DNA from: an uncultured delta proteobacterium
GTDB taxonomy: Bacteria > Desulfobacterota > Desulfobacteria > Desulfobacterales > UBA2156
Length of the DNA: 64,000 bases
Direction: 5' to 3'
Assembly (NCBI GenBank): GCA_963736855.1
Contig: CAVTQK010000009.1
Span: forward strand, 192,001-256,000
Part shown: one piece after another, positions 51,042 to 61,065 of the stretch
Position numbering within the stretch: the stretch's first letter is position 1
How the letters are laid out: each line of letters starts with the position of its first letter
Notes under the pieces: model-generated
What the model saw: the letters and a program-made list of their open reading frames with translations, nothing else
Databases searched by the model: none
Told to the model about the DNA's origin: nothing
Position numbers and translations under genes: made by a program

Positions 51042-52217
51042 TCAGGCACCCTTGGAAGAAGGGAACTTTTCGGGGAGATGATAGACGAAAAAGAGACTGA
51101 CGATGGGGATGACCGGCAGCCAGTAAAGGACGGCCTTGAGAGTATAGAGATCCGCGAATTTTCCGACCAGTGGACTCATCACGCCTCCCACACCGAGGGC
51201 CAGTCCCATCATGAGGCTTGCCACCATGGATTTTCCCTTTGGAGCGATTTCTTGTCCTAGAGCCACGCCTAGCGGAAGCGTGGCCAATGAAAAAAACCCG
51301 GTTAGAAATGCCAAGGGAAAGACCCAGTTACCGCCCAGGTGAATCGAAAGAAGCAGCAACGGGGCTGTGAAAAGACTGCTGGCGTAGAAAATGGGTTTGT
51401 AACCGAGTCGATCCGCAAGATGACCGGCAAGGAGTCCGCTGAGGGTCCCGGCGAGGGTAAATAGGGAAACAATGAACCCCACCGAAATCAACGAATGACC
51501 TCCTCTGGCGAATAGAACCGGTGTAAAGGTGAGCCAGGTCTGGCTTACAAACGCCCTTAAAACCATCACGATCCAGATCACCACAATCCCTTTCCAGGCA
51601 CTTCCCAACGACTCCTTCAAGGAGTCGAAGAAACCGTGGCTGGTCAACCCCTCCCCTTCCGGCTTCGGAACTGTTTTGAAGAGAACGACCATGAGAGGAA
51701 GTCCGATCAGCATCGAATAGACAGCTCCTTTAAGACCCAGGTAGCGTACGATTGTCGTGATCATTATGGGTCCCACCGCAAAGGCAAAGGTACCGCCTAC
51801 ATTGAAGATGGACATGGAGAAGCCGAAATGGCGGCCCGAATAACCGGAGATCATTCCTGCCACGGGAGGGTGAAACAGGGCCTGGCCGATGGATCCGATG
51901 GCAATAAACGCCATAAGAAATAAAAAACTCGGGGCATACCCCACGATAGGGATGAAAACCATGGTCAACAGGGGGCCGCCCAGTACAAAAAGGCGGCTTC
52001 GGTAATGATCAGCGAAGTATCCGGCCAACGGTTGGACCACGAACATGAATAACCTGTTGACGCCGGCGAGCAGCCCCACCTGGGTCATGGACAAGGAAAA
52101 GGAGTCGGCAAAGACAGGGAGAAGGGGGTTGATGAATGAGGCGTAAAGGTCGCCAGTAAAGTGGACCAGAGTCAAGGCGGCAATCACCCCGACGTTAGCT
52201 TTTTGATTCGCTGTCAT
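51042..52217 (-). CDS. MFS transporter (Fsr-like)
   Basis: HF..D.Y..F..PLLP, QP..G..AD and FHP motifs; about 12 TM segments. Confidence 0.88.
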   Translation of the reverse strand: MTANQKANVGVIAALTLVHFTGDLYASFINPLLPVFADSFSLSMTQVGLLAGVNRLFMFVVQPLAGYFADHYRSRLFVLGGPLLTMVFIPIVGYAPSFLFLMAFIAIGSIGQALFHPPVAGMISGYSGRHFGFSMSIFNVGGTFAFAVGPIMITTIVRYLGLKGAVYSMLIGLPLMVVLFKTVPKPEGEGLTSHGFFDSLKESLGSAWKGIVVIWIVMVLRAFVSQTWLTFTPVLFARGGHSLISVGFIVSLFTLAGTLSGLLAGHLADRLGYKPIFYASSLFTAPLLLLSIHLGGNWVFPLAFLTGFFSLATLPLGVALGQEIAPKGKSMVASLMMGLALGVGGVMSPLVGKFADLYTLKAVLYWLPVIPIVSLFFVYHLPEKFPSSKGA

Positions 52218-52413
52218 TTAAAATACGATTACTTGTTCGAATTGGAAAAGCGTGAGGAGTAAATTCCCTCGGTTTCATAAAGTCAAGGAGTTTGTAACTT
52301 AAGATCAGCGATAGCCAAGCATTTTCTTGAGAAATAAATTGAAATACCTTGTCGATTCATGTAGATAGGTATTGCTCAAACACCACACGACCCGAACCAA
52401 CGAAGTGAAAGCG

Positions 52414-52494
52414 ATGATAAAACAAACGTTGCTGCCATTCAAGCGGGAAGATTCCAAGGATCTGACCACGGCATACGCGGGCTTTTTATATTGA
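52414..52494 (+). pseudogene. Possible IS1380-like transposase N-terminal remnant
   Basis: MIKQTLLPFKREDSKDLTTAYAG resembles recalled IS1380 N-termini; the frame stops at the first codon of MITE copy 3. Confidence 0.4.
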
Positions 52495-52682
52495 TGAAAT
52501 CGTAAAAAGCCCGATTTTTCTCGCGCCGCAAGTCTTTTCGGAAGATCCAAAGGGTTTCGCTAAATCTCAAGAACTCGGCACAAGTGCCTCAAACAGCTTG
52601 AGATTTTTAACGCTCAACCCTTTTCCTCTCTTTTCCGAAAAGACTTGAATGGCGCTCATAAAACCTTTTTACGAAGCTATCA
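52492..52682. mobile_element. MITE copy 3 (about 191 bp), TSD ATAT
   Basis: TGATGAAATCGTAAAAAG ... CTTTTTACGAAGCTATCA, flanked by ATAT on both sides. Confidence 0.82.
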
Positions 52683-52914
52683 ATATTATTTTTCGCATAA
52701 TCAATCGCGGATTTTAGGTGGCGCCAACTGGTTGCATCGGTTCATTAGAAAATGATATGGGGAATTGGGCTGTCGCTTCCGAAAAACGTACTGATACCAG
52801 ACTCCGACATCCAGAATATACCCTGCAGTTGCATAAAAAAACATGACATGGTATAGAAAAAAGAATGATAACAGAGCGTTTGAATACGTTTAGGTATGGT
52901 TCGCGAATAAACTT

Positions 52915-53103
52915 TGATGGCTTGTAAAAAGGTTTTGTGAGCGCCATTCAAGTCTTTTCGGAAAAAAGAGGCAAAGGGATGAGCGTTAAAAATCTCAAGC
53001 TGTTTAAGGCACTTGTACCGAGTTCTTGAGATTTAGCGAAACCCTTTGGATCTTCCGAAAAGACTTGCGGCGCGAGAAAAATCAGCCTTTTACGATTTCA
53101 TCT
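52915..53103. mobile_element. MITE copy 4 (about 189 bp), inverted relative to copy 3, TSD ACTT
   Basis: Near-identical reverse complement of copy 3; ACTT at 52911-52914 and 53104-53107. Confidence 0.82.
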
Positions 53104-53115
53104 ACTTTTCCCAAA

Positions 53116-53229
53116 ATGGATCAGGCCCAGGAGATCGAAAAAGACTTCACCCAGGAGATGGCAATTCAGGAAGCCCGGCGGTGCCTCCAGTGCGGTTTGA
53201 TTTGTTATCAAGATGTCCAGCCTGATTAA
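53116..53229 (+). pseudogene. C-terminal fragment of a GltD/NfnB-like Fe-S flavoprotein
   Basis: EIEKDFTQEMAIQEARRCLQCGLICY matches the E-A-x-R-C-L-x-C tail; no N-terminal domains present. Confidence 0.6.
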
Positions 53230-53300
53230 AACGACATTTCAGTTGCGGCATCCTGAGGACACGCCATACCGGTTCAGGGCTTGAAGAGAGGGGGTTGTGC

Positions 53301-53738
53301 TTGACCACGGAAGAAGGGATCGTTATTGACGTTAAAGGGGAAATCGCACGCATCAAGACTCAAAAGACCGGTGCCTGTGAATCATGCTCGGTCAAAAGCT
53401 CCTGTCATACCTTCGGCGGCGGAAAGGACATGGAAGTGGATGCTATTAATGTCGCAGGCGCCCGGATCGGCGACCGAGTCGTAATGGGATTCGAGACAGG
53501 TTCACTGGTTAAAGCTTCCTTTCTCTTGTACTTATTACCTATCCTGTCGATGATGGTGGGAGGTTTCCTGGGCCAGGAGGTTGCGCCTGTGTTGGGTTTT
53601 AAGCCTGCCGGCCTCTCAGTCGGAGCCGCATTTTTATTCCTGGGGCTTTCCTTTATTTTTGTCAGGGCCAAGGGTCATCGCATGGGCCTGAAAGAATCCT
53701 ATCAACCTAAAATCATTCGTATTTTAGAAAGAGCATGA
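53301..53738 (+). CDS. RseC/MucC family protein
   Basis: TEEG.V, ACESC....SC, GA..GD.V and Y.LP motifs; two TM segments. Confidence 0.9.
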   Translation: MTTEEGIVIDVKGEIARIKTQKTGACESCSVKSSCHTFGGGKDMEVDAINVAGARIGDRVVMGFETGSLVKASFLLYLLPILSMMVGGFLGQEVAPVLGFKPAGLSVGAAFLFLGLSFIFVRAKGHRMGLKESYQPKIIRILERA

Positions 53739-53906
53739 TGGCGGGGAAGGTGCATTGGGCCGATTTTGAACGGCTATCTTAGAGGGCGGAATCAAGCATT
53801 TTTTTAGATCGATCATTTCTGATAAAAAATAGGAATTCACAGGTCTTTGTCCGTTTTTTCATCAGCCTCGTTTTGAGAACCCCAATCGTTTGTTTTTCTG
53901 CTTTTT

Positions 53907-54833
53907 CTAGAGTGCTCCTCCCATTACACAATTTCTTCCCTCTTTCTTAGCTTCATATAAATAGTGATCTGCCATGGAAATCATCTTTTCAGGTGAGATT
54001 TTATCATCAGGAGAATCCGCAGTGAAACCGGTAATTCCAAAGCTGATTGTCACCCCTACGCTTGTTTGGTTCAGATCGATGGCTCTATCTGCGACTGTTT
54101 GTCGGAGCCTTTCGGCGGCTTGCAAGGCAAAGCGGAACTCGGTTTCAGGAAGAACCAGGAGGAACTCCTCGCCGCCGAATCGAACCACCCAATCTATTCC
54201 CTTTCGAACAGATTCATTAAGACAATTGGCAACGTTTTTAAGGACTATGTCCCCGGCTGCATGTCCGTGGGTGTCGTTGACGCTTTTGAAATAATCGATG
54301 TCACATAGGACAATGGAAAGGGAACGTCCGTATCTTCTGGATCTCGTGATTTCCTGGGGAAGACGTTCGTTGAGGTATCTTCGGTTATAACATCCGGTCA
54401 TGGGGTCGGTCATGGAAAGAGCCTTGATCTTCTCGGCGGCGGCTTTGAGGGATTTTTCCAGCTCAAGAATACGGATGCCTGTGCGGATGCGCGCCGTCAG
54501 CTCGGCGTGGAGAACGGGCTTGGTGAGATAATCGTCGGCTCCGGCTTCAAGCCCCTCGATGATGTCCGCCTTGGAATCCTTTGCGGTGAGAAGAACGAAA
54601 AAGATGTATCCGGGCAGCGACATTTTGCGGATGGCCCTGCACAACTCAACGCCGTCCATTCCGGGCATGAGCCAATCGCTGAGAATAATAGGGAAAAACC
54701 GATCCCGGAATACCTTCAGGGCTTCATGGCCGTTTTCGGTGGCAACGACATCATATCCGGCATTGGCTAAAATTTTATAAAGAATGTTACGGGAGACCGG
54801 ATTGTCTTCCACGATGAGTATGGGAAATGGCAT
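53907..54833 (-). CDS. Response-regulator diguanylate cyclase (REC-GGDEF)
   Basis: VED, DWLMP and TKP receiver motifs; DIDYFK.VND..GH..GD and RFGGEEF motifs. Confidence 0.93.
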   Translation of the reverse strand: MPFPILIVEDNPVSRNILYKILANAGYDVVATENGHEALKVFRDRFFPIILSDWLMPGMDGVELCRAIRKMSLPGYIFFVLLTAKDSKADIIEGLEAGADDYLTKPVLHAELTARIRTGIRILELEKSLKAAAEKIKALSMTDPMTGCYNRRYLNERLPQEITRSRRYGRSLSIVLCDIDYFKSVNDTHGHAAGDIVLKNVANCLNESVRKGIDWVVRFGGEEFLLVLPETEFRFALQAAERLRQTVADRAIDLNQTSVGVTISFGITGFTADSPDDKISPEKMISMADHYLYEAKKEGRNCVMGGAL

Positions 54834-54921
54834 AGATGACTTCTTTTCTATAATCGGAACCCTTCTGGCATTCTCATTAGATCATACGGCACGAGCACAC
54901 ATTTCTGATTCGGGTTCCGGT

Positions 54922-55239
54922 TCACGGATGAAGCATTGCCGCGATATCCCGTATCTGATCTTTGAGTCGATGAATCGGTATCAAGATCTCCTCCCACCGG
55001 TTGTCCCGTGCGTCGGCTTCAAGCTTTCTGGCCGCTTCGTATATTTCCATGAAGCCCAAATTTCCGGAAGCGCCCTTGATGGAATGAATAGCCCTTGCCG
55101 CCGTTTCCGTATCTTTCGCATCTACGGCCGAAAGGGCCTTGTCCAGATCAGCCGTGGATGTATCGACGAAAAGCTCCAGTAGTTCTTTGAACTCATCCAA
55201 ATTCAATCCCAAGTCATCCGCCAGTTTATGAAAGTCCAT
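54922..55239 (-). CDS. Stand-alone Hpt domain protein
   Basis: HSIKGASGNLG motif; GAGGAGG RBS. Confidence 0.9.
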   Translation of the reverse strand: MDFHKLADDLGLNLDEFKELLELFVDTSTADLDKALSAVDAKDTETAARAIHSIKGASGNLGFMEIYEAARKLEADARDNRWEEILIPIHRLKDQIRDIAAMLHP

Positions 55240-55459
55240 ATCCCCTCCTCAACCGGGTGCAGTACCGCCTGCCATCGATTCGTCAAGGCAGAGTGCAAAC
55301 ATGGATTTGAATAGATGTCCATGAAGCGACAACCACCCAAAACACCTTTTTTGTCTATTTTTTTTAACCTGATAGCGCATGGTCACGGGAATTTCAATAT
55401 GAAAGAGCGGTCATGCCAAAGACTTAAAACACCCCTGTGTAAACTGACGACATCACTTT

Positions 55460-55882
55460 TTATGATCCATAAGGGCGGCTAAAACGTGCCAAGACCGCCG
55501 CCTGCACGCCACATCCATCAAGCAGCATCAGTATCCAATTGCGAAAGGTTCTTGAAAGAATCCCTTCCCTTTCCCACCGCCTTGCGGAAGTGAATGCCCG
55601 GGCATTTAGGATGACGATCTTTCCACCCATCTTTCGGATTCGGTGTATGAACGTTATATCTTCCATGATGGGAATTTCCGGATATCCGCCGATTCGGTCG
55701 AAAAAGCGTATCGAGATAAATATAGTATAGTCGCCGTAAAGGAGCTGTGCCCAGCAACTCCGGAGGCGCAAGCCGTATTCGATGATTCGAAAGATCCGCC
55801 TGCGGGATTATATGGCCTGATGAAAGGCACCGGCCGTGATATTTTTTCGACCGAATGCCAGCACGACTTTTTCAAGAGTACC
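55460..55882 (-). pseudogene. Degraded GT2 glycosyltransferase (TIGR04283-like), C-terminal half
   Basis: AGAF...*..IFRIIE..LRS, YGD, GGYPEIPIMED and TSARRW motifs; in-frame TAA at 55808-55810; N-terminus missing. Confidence 0.75.
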
Positions 55883-56177
55883 GGTTCGTAAAAGATACTT
55901 TTTCAAGAGTACTTTTCAGCGAAATTTATATGGATCATGAGGCGGACTAGATCGTCTCATCTCATGTTGATTTTTCGCTTGACCTTTGAAAATGGTTTGC
56001 ATAGTGTCGCTGGCGGTGGAGCGGCCCGATGGCAGGCTTGGGAAGGATTTTCAAAGCCGGCGGGGCTGGGCGGTCCGGTACGATGAGGTCGATTTCGCTT
56101 GAAGGAACGGTTCCTTTGCCGGCGTAACGACCAAACGTCTGGTTCAACTTTGCAACGCTTGAAAGGAGGTCAGAGCT

Positions 56178-56378
56178 TTGGCAGTAGGAACGGTTAAATG
56201 GTTTAATGACAGAAAAGGGTACGGCTTCATTAACCAGGAAAACGGTCAGGATGTATTCGTGCATTACTCCTCCATCGATACCCCAGGCTTTAAAACCCTC
56301 GCGGAAGGAGACCGGGTAAGCTTTGAAGTGGAGAAGAGTGAAAGAGGCCCCGAGGCCAAGAACGTAAAAAAGCTATAG
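56178..56378 (+). CDS. Cold-shock protein
   Basis: GTVKWFN, KGYGFI and VFVHYS motifs; TTG start with AAGGAGG RBS. Confidence 0.96.
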   Translation: MAVGTVKWFNDRKGYGFINQENGQDVFVHYSSIDTPGFKTLAEGDRVSFEVEKSERGPEAKNVKKL

Positions 56379-56394
56379 CCTGTCCCGACATATC

Positions 56395-56433
56395 AAAGGC
56401 ATCTGTGTTTGAACCCGGATGCCTTTTTTATTT
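56395..56433 (+). terminator. Intrinsic terminator after csp
   Basis: AAAGGCATC...GATGCCTTTTTT. Confidence 0.8.
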
Positions 56434-56594
56434 GAAAACAATATCCATCCTGTGTGCGCTATTCTCAGACAACTGAACGTTGATTCATTTTCTAGCCTGA
56501 TCCATCAGGTAATCGACCATTCGATATTTCCCCCCGGCGTGTGCTATCTTAATATGAAACCGGTTTGAATAATTAGATACAGTTCATTTTCCCC

Positions 56595-56640
56595 TTGACA
56601 GGATGATTGAGGGGCTGATAAATGAATGAACATTCATTCA
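56595..56640 (+). promoter_or_regulatory. Promoter plus TetR operator 1
   Basis: TTGACA-N16-GATAAA followed directly by the palindrome TGAATGAACATTCATTCA (56623-56640). Confidence 0.8.
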
Positions 56641-56646
56641 TAATCC

Positions 56647-57276
56647 TTGCCGTTTAAAGAGGAGTGTACCATTTACAGTCAGGAGAAAAGAAACGATAAA
56701 TATCACCGCATCCTCGAAGCGGCAATCAAGGTGTTTGCCGAACAGGGTTTTTATCAATCCTCCGTCTCCCAAATTGCCAGAGAGGCCGGTGTTGCCGACG
56801 GAACGATCTATTTATATTTCAAAAACAAAGACGATATCCTGATCCAATTTTTCCAGCACAAAACCAAGCAGGTCTTCGAACGTTTCAAGGAGGCGGTGAA
56901 TAAAGGGGATAGTGCCATAGAAAAATTGCGGAACCTGATCCGGTTACACCTCAAGGCTTTTCAGGATGACCGGAACATGGCTGTTGTTTACCAGACGGAA
57001 ACGCACCAGATCAACCGATCGGCGGAAGAACAGATCAAGGCAATGTCCAAGATGTATTTGGATCTGCTTTCCGAGATCATCGACCAGGGTCAGGAAGAGG
57101 GAAGTGTTCGAAAAGATTTATATCTTGGCCTGGTGAAAAGGTTTATGGTGGGTGCCATCGACGAAGTGATCAATACGTGGCTGCATTCTAAAACCGGATA
57201 CGATCTGGTTTCCATGGCGGATCCGTTGGTGGAATTGCTGATCAACGGGGTCGGTACCTCCCGGGACAGCCAATAA
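56647..57276 (+). CDS. TetR-family regulator, Bacillus FadR(YsiA)-like
   Basis: IAREAGVADGTIYLYFKNKDDIL HTH; fatty-acid catabolic context. Start uncertain. Confidence 0.9.
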   Translation: MPFKEECTIYSQEKRNDKYHRILEAAIKVFAEQGFYQSSVSQIAREAGVADGTIYLYFKNKDDILIQFFQHKTKQVFERFKEAVNKGDSAIEKLRNLIRLHLKAFQDDRNMAVVYQTETHQINRSAEEQIKAMSKMYLDLLSEIIDQGQEEGSVRKDLYLGLVKRFMVGAIDEVINTWLHSKTGYDLVSMADPLVELLINGVGTSRDSQ

Positions 57277-57294
57277 AGTTTTAGGGGAAAATCG

Positions 57295-59106
57295 ATGAAA
57301 GGGATATCTGAGATGGAAAAGAGAAAAGTGTTTGCAGGCGGAGAATTCCTCATTGCGGACATCAAGCCGGAGGATATCTTTGTGCCTGAAGAGATGTCCA
57401 AAGAACACCAGATGATCTATCAGGCGGCCGTGGATTTCGTTAAAAAAGAGATCCAGCCGAACATGGATCGTATCGAGGAAAAGGATGTATCGTATATCCG
57501 CTCCCTCTTTAAAATGGCGGGGGAGTTAGGCCTCAACGGCACCGATATTCCGGAAGAGTATGGCGGCGAGGGAATGGACAAGATCAGCACATGTCTGGTA
57601 ACTGAAGCCATTGCCAGCTCCACCGGAGCGTCTTTTGCGGTGGCACACGGAGCCCATACCGGCATCGGCACTCTTCCCATTGTTTATTTTGGCAACGAAG
57701 ACCAAAAAAAACGGTATCTTGGAAAACTGGCCACCGGCGAGTGGATTGCCGCCTATTGCCTGACTGAGCCCAATGCAGGTTCCGATGCGTTGAATGCTCA
57801 GACAACGGCGGTGCTCTCCGAAGAGGGGACGCACTATCTGATCAACGGCGAGAAGATTTACATCACCAACGGCCAATGGGCCGATCTGTTCATCGTGTAT
57901 GCCAAGGTAGACGGTGAAAAGTTCACCGGCTTCATCGTCGAGCGGAACTTTCCAGGGGTTTCCCACGGACCGGAAGAAAAGAAACTGGGGATAAAAGGAT
58001 CCTCCACTACCCCGATTGTGTTTAAGGACTGCCGAGTCCCGGTGGAAAACGTTTTATTCGAGGTGGGCAAAGGGCACAAAATCGCTTTCAATGTCTTAAA
58101 CATCGGCCGATACAAGCTAGGGGCGAGCGTGGTGGGTGGTTGCAAGATCGGAGTTGCTGAAGCGGCCAAGTACGCCACCATGAGGGAACAGTTCGGGAAA
58201 AAAATCTGCTCTTTCGGCATGATCAAGAATAAGTTGGCCGATATGAGCATTAAAACCTACATCGCAGAATCGATGGTGTATCGCGTGTCTGCAGCCTTAG
58301 AAGATATCTTGAGCGCCAGGACTCCCGAAGAGCGAAAAAATCCCGATGTCAACGCCCGTACCATTGAGGAGTATGCCATCGAGTGCTCCATTGCCAAGGT
58401 CTTCGGCAGCGAAACCCTTGATTTTTGCGTCGACGAGCTGTTGCAGATTCATGGAGGAAACGGATATACGGCCGAGTATCCGGCGGAGCGGATGTACCGG
58501 GATGCCCGGATCAACCGCATCTTCGAAGGGACAAATGAGATCAATCGACTGTTAATAGGCGCTACACTCTTCAGGCGGGCCATGAAAGGGAGGCTCGCTG
58601 TTTTAGAGGCTATTCAAAAGGTCCAGGAGATGTTGACAAAGGGATCCCCGGAATCCGCCGGAACAACGGACCCTTCACCCCTTGCCTTGCAGAAGCGTTA
58701 TATGCTGTCGAGCAAGAAGATCTTCCTTCTAGCAGCAGGAATTGCAGCCAACCAGCTCATGATCAGGCTGGAGAAGGAGCAGGAGGTCGTCGCACTGTTG
58801 GCGGAGATAGTGATGGAAATCTATGCCATGGAAAGCAGCCTGCTGCGGGCACAAAAAGTTCAGCAAAAAAAGGGCGCTGCCGCAAGTGACTATCATGGCG
58901 CAGCGGTGAAGGTCTATATCAACGACGCCATGGCCGGCATCGTATTCCGGGCCAAACAGGTGGTTGCCTTCGCGGAGAAAAAGGATCGACTGCCCCGATT
59001 GTTTGCCACCATCGATGCTCTGGCCGACTACCAGCCCATCGACACCATACCGTTGAGGCGATTCATCGCCGATAAAGTGATCAAGGGGAAAAAATACCCC
59101 TTTTAA
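57295..59106 (+). CDS. Acyl-CoA dehydrogenase (long form)
   Basis: AYCLTEP.AGSD, KLGIKGSST, QIHGG.GY and RIFEGTNEI motifs. Confidence 0.95.
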   Translation: MKGISEMEKRKVFAGGEFLIADIKPEDIFVPEEMSKEHQMIYQAAVDFVKKEIQPNMDRIEEKDVSYIRSLFKMAGELGLNGTDIPEEYGGEGMDKISTCLVTEAIASSTGASFAVAHGAHTGIGTLPIVYFGNEDQKKRYLGKLATGEWIAAYCLTEPNAGSDALNAQTTAVLSEEGTHYLINGEKIYITNGQWADLFIVYAKVDGEKFTGFIVERNFPGVSHGPEEKKLGIKGSSTTPIVFKDCRVPVENVLFEVGKGHKIAFNVLNIGRYKLGASVVGGCKIGVAEAAKYATMREQFGKKICSFGMIKNKLADMSIKTYIAESMVYRVSAALEDILSARTPEERKNPDVNARTIEEYAIECSIAKVFGSETLDFCVDELLQIHGGNGYTAEYPAERMYRDARINRIFEGTNEINRLLIGATLFRRAMKGRLAVLEAIQKVQEMLTKGSPESAGTTDPSPLALQKRYMLSSKKIFLLAAGIAANQLMIRLEKEQEVVALLAEIVMEIYAMESSLLRAQKVQQKKGAAASDYHGAAVKVYINDAMAGIVFRAKQVVAFAEKKDRLPRLFATIDALADYQPIDTIPLRRFIADKVIKGKKYPF

Positions 59107-59212
59107 TGTTTTTGCAAGACAAACGCACGGCGGCGATGCTTTCATGCACCCCCGGATGTTTGTTTTTCCATTCCAATCGTTTTGCCGTTTTCGGTGCGGT
59201 ATCGTCGATTGT

Positions 59213-60913
59213 CTAAGAAGCCTTACGCCTTTTGATCTCTTCGCCTCTTAATTCTTTTCTCAATACTTTTCCTACCGTGGATTTGGGGAGCTCTTTTCGA
59301 AACTCGATTTCGGTGGGAAGCTTGTATTTGGCCAGGCGGGTTTGACAATGGGCCATCAATTCCTCGGCGGTCGCATCCTCCCCTTCTTTGAGCACCACGA
59401 AAACCTTGATCGCCTCTCCCCGGGTCGGGTGAGGGATCCCGATGGAGCAAACCTCCAGGACTTTGGGATGGTCATAAAACACTTCGTCGATTTCTCTCGG
59501 ATAGACGTTGTACCCGCCGGAGATAACCATATCTTTTTTCCGATCGACGATATAAAAGTACCCCTCTTCGTCCATTTTGGCGATGTCGCCGGTGTGCAGC
59601 CAACCATCTGTCAAAACAACCTTTGTTTCTTCGGGCTTGTTCCAGTAGCCCTTCATGACCTGTGGACCTTTGATGAGCAGTTCCCCTGATTCTTGCACCG
59701 GCATTTCCTTCTGCCAGTCTTCGAGAGCCGAAATGCGGCATTCCGTGTCGGAAATGGGCAAGCCCACACTTCCTACCTTACGCTGGCCCCCGCTGAAGGG
59801 GTTGATATGGGTGACCGGCGTAGTCTCGGTGAGGCCGAACCCCTCAACAATCACCGCTCCGGTTTTGGCTTCGAAATCGTGGATGACTTCCACAGGCAAC
59901 GGCGCACTTCCGGAAAAGCACCCCTTGATGCAAGTGAGATCGGTCTTGTGAATGTCCGGGTGGTTGAGCATACCGATGTACATGGTGGGAACCAGGGGAG
60001 CAAAGGTGGGTTTGAATTTCCGGATGGCTTCCAGCAGAGGCTCCGGCTGGGGTTTTGGGATCAGGATTTGCCCCCATCCCATGTAGACGGCAAAATTCAT
60101 GGAGGCCGACAGCCCGAAAACATGAAAGTAAGGTAACGCCCCCAGCATGATCTCCTTGCCTTTTTTAAACTGGGGAAACCATGCACAAGTTTGCTGGACC
60201 TGCTTGCTCAAGTTTTCGTGGGTCAGCATGACTCCTTTGGAGACGCCGGTGGTTCCTCCGGTGTATTGCAGCATGGCAATCTCGTCAAAGGAAAGCATTA
60301 CCCGGGGCGGATCCGGGGAATGGGTTTCCAATACCTTTTTCCAGCGGTAAAGCCTTTCGGCAGGCTTGACGGTTGCCGAAAGCTTCTTCTTTTTGGCCAC
60401 CAGCGGAAACAGGAGATTTTTCGGAAAAGGAAGGTAGTCGCCGATGGAAGTGTAAATGATTGTTTCAATATGAGTTTTGGGTCGAAGATCGATCATGCGG
60501 TTAGCCAAAAGATCCAGAGTGATCAAGATCTTGGCTTGGGAATCATTGAACTGATGCTCCAGTTCCCAATCCGAATAGAGGGGGTTGTTCATCACCACGA
60601 CACCGCCGATCTTCAGTGCCGCATAGTAACTGATGACGCAGGGGATCAGGTTCGGCAGGAGAATAGCGACCCTGTCGCCCTTTCGGATACCGAAGTCGTT
60701 CAACGCCCGGGCAAACCGGTCGACCATCTCGTTCATTTCCCGGAAAGAGATGGAATAACCCTGAAACAGGAGTGCCATATGGTCCGGGAAATTCCGGGTC
60801 GAGTCTTCTAAAAAACCAGGCATGCACTTGGTTTCATAATCGATGTGTTCCGGAACGCCCGGCTCATAATGGGAAAGCCACGGTTTGTCTTCGTATCTGA
60901 CTTTCTGGGTCAT
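59213..60913 (-). CDS. fadD: Long-chain fatty acid-CoA ligase
   Basis: QYTGGTTGVSKG, GFGLTE, GWLHTGD and PKS.VGK motifs. Confidence 0.93.
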   Translation of the reverse strand: MTQKVRYEDKPWLSHYEPGVPEHIDYETKCMPGFLEDSTRNFPDHMALLFQGYSISFREMNEMVDRFARALNDFGIRKGDRVAILLPNLIPCVISYYAALKIGGVVVMNNPLYSDWELEHQFNDSQAKILITLDLLANRMIDLRPKTHIETIIYTSIGDYLPFPKNLLFPLVAKKKKLSATVKPAERLYRWKKVLETHSPDPPRVMLSFDEIAMLQYTGGTTGVSKGVMLTHENLSKQVQQTCAWFPQFKKGKEIMLGALPYFHVFGLSASMNFAVYMGWGQILIPKPQPEPLLEAIRKFKPTFAPLVPTMYIGMLNHPDIHKTDLTCIKGCFSGSAPLPVEVIHDFEAKTGAVIVEGFGLTETTPVTHINPFSGGQRKVGSVGLPISDTECRISALEDWQKEMPVQESGELLIKGPQVMKGYWNKPEETKVVLTDGWLHTGDIAKMDEEGYFYIVDRKKDMVISGGYNVYPREIDEVFYDHPKVLEVCSIGIPHPTRGEAIKVFVVLKEGEDATAEELMAHCQTRLAKYKLPTEIEFRKELPKSTVGKVLRKELRGEEIKRRKAS

Positions 60914-61065
60914 GTTTCCTCCTTCCGCTCCTGTTGATGAGTGTTTCTCTGTCCGCCAGGGTGTCCCCTGAAATTCCGTAGAAATCTTTACTAGCCAGAT
61001 TCGAAAGATTTGTCAACGCGATGGCGCATATTGATTGATGCGCTTTTCCCGGCCGCATTTTTTTC

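Noticed and set aside
52492..53103. Inverted repeats as the ends of a single composite transposon
   Set aside because: Each copy has its own distinct TSD and the spacer has no credible gene.
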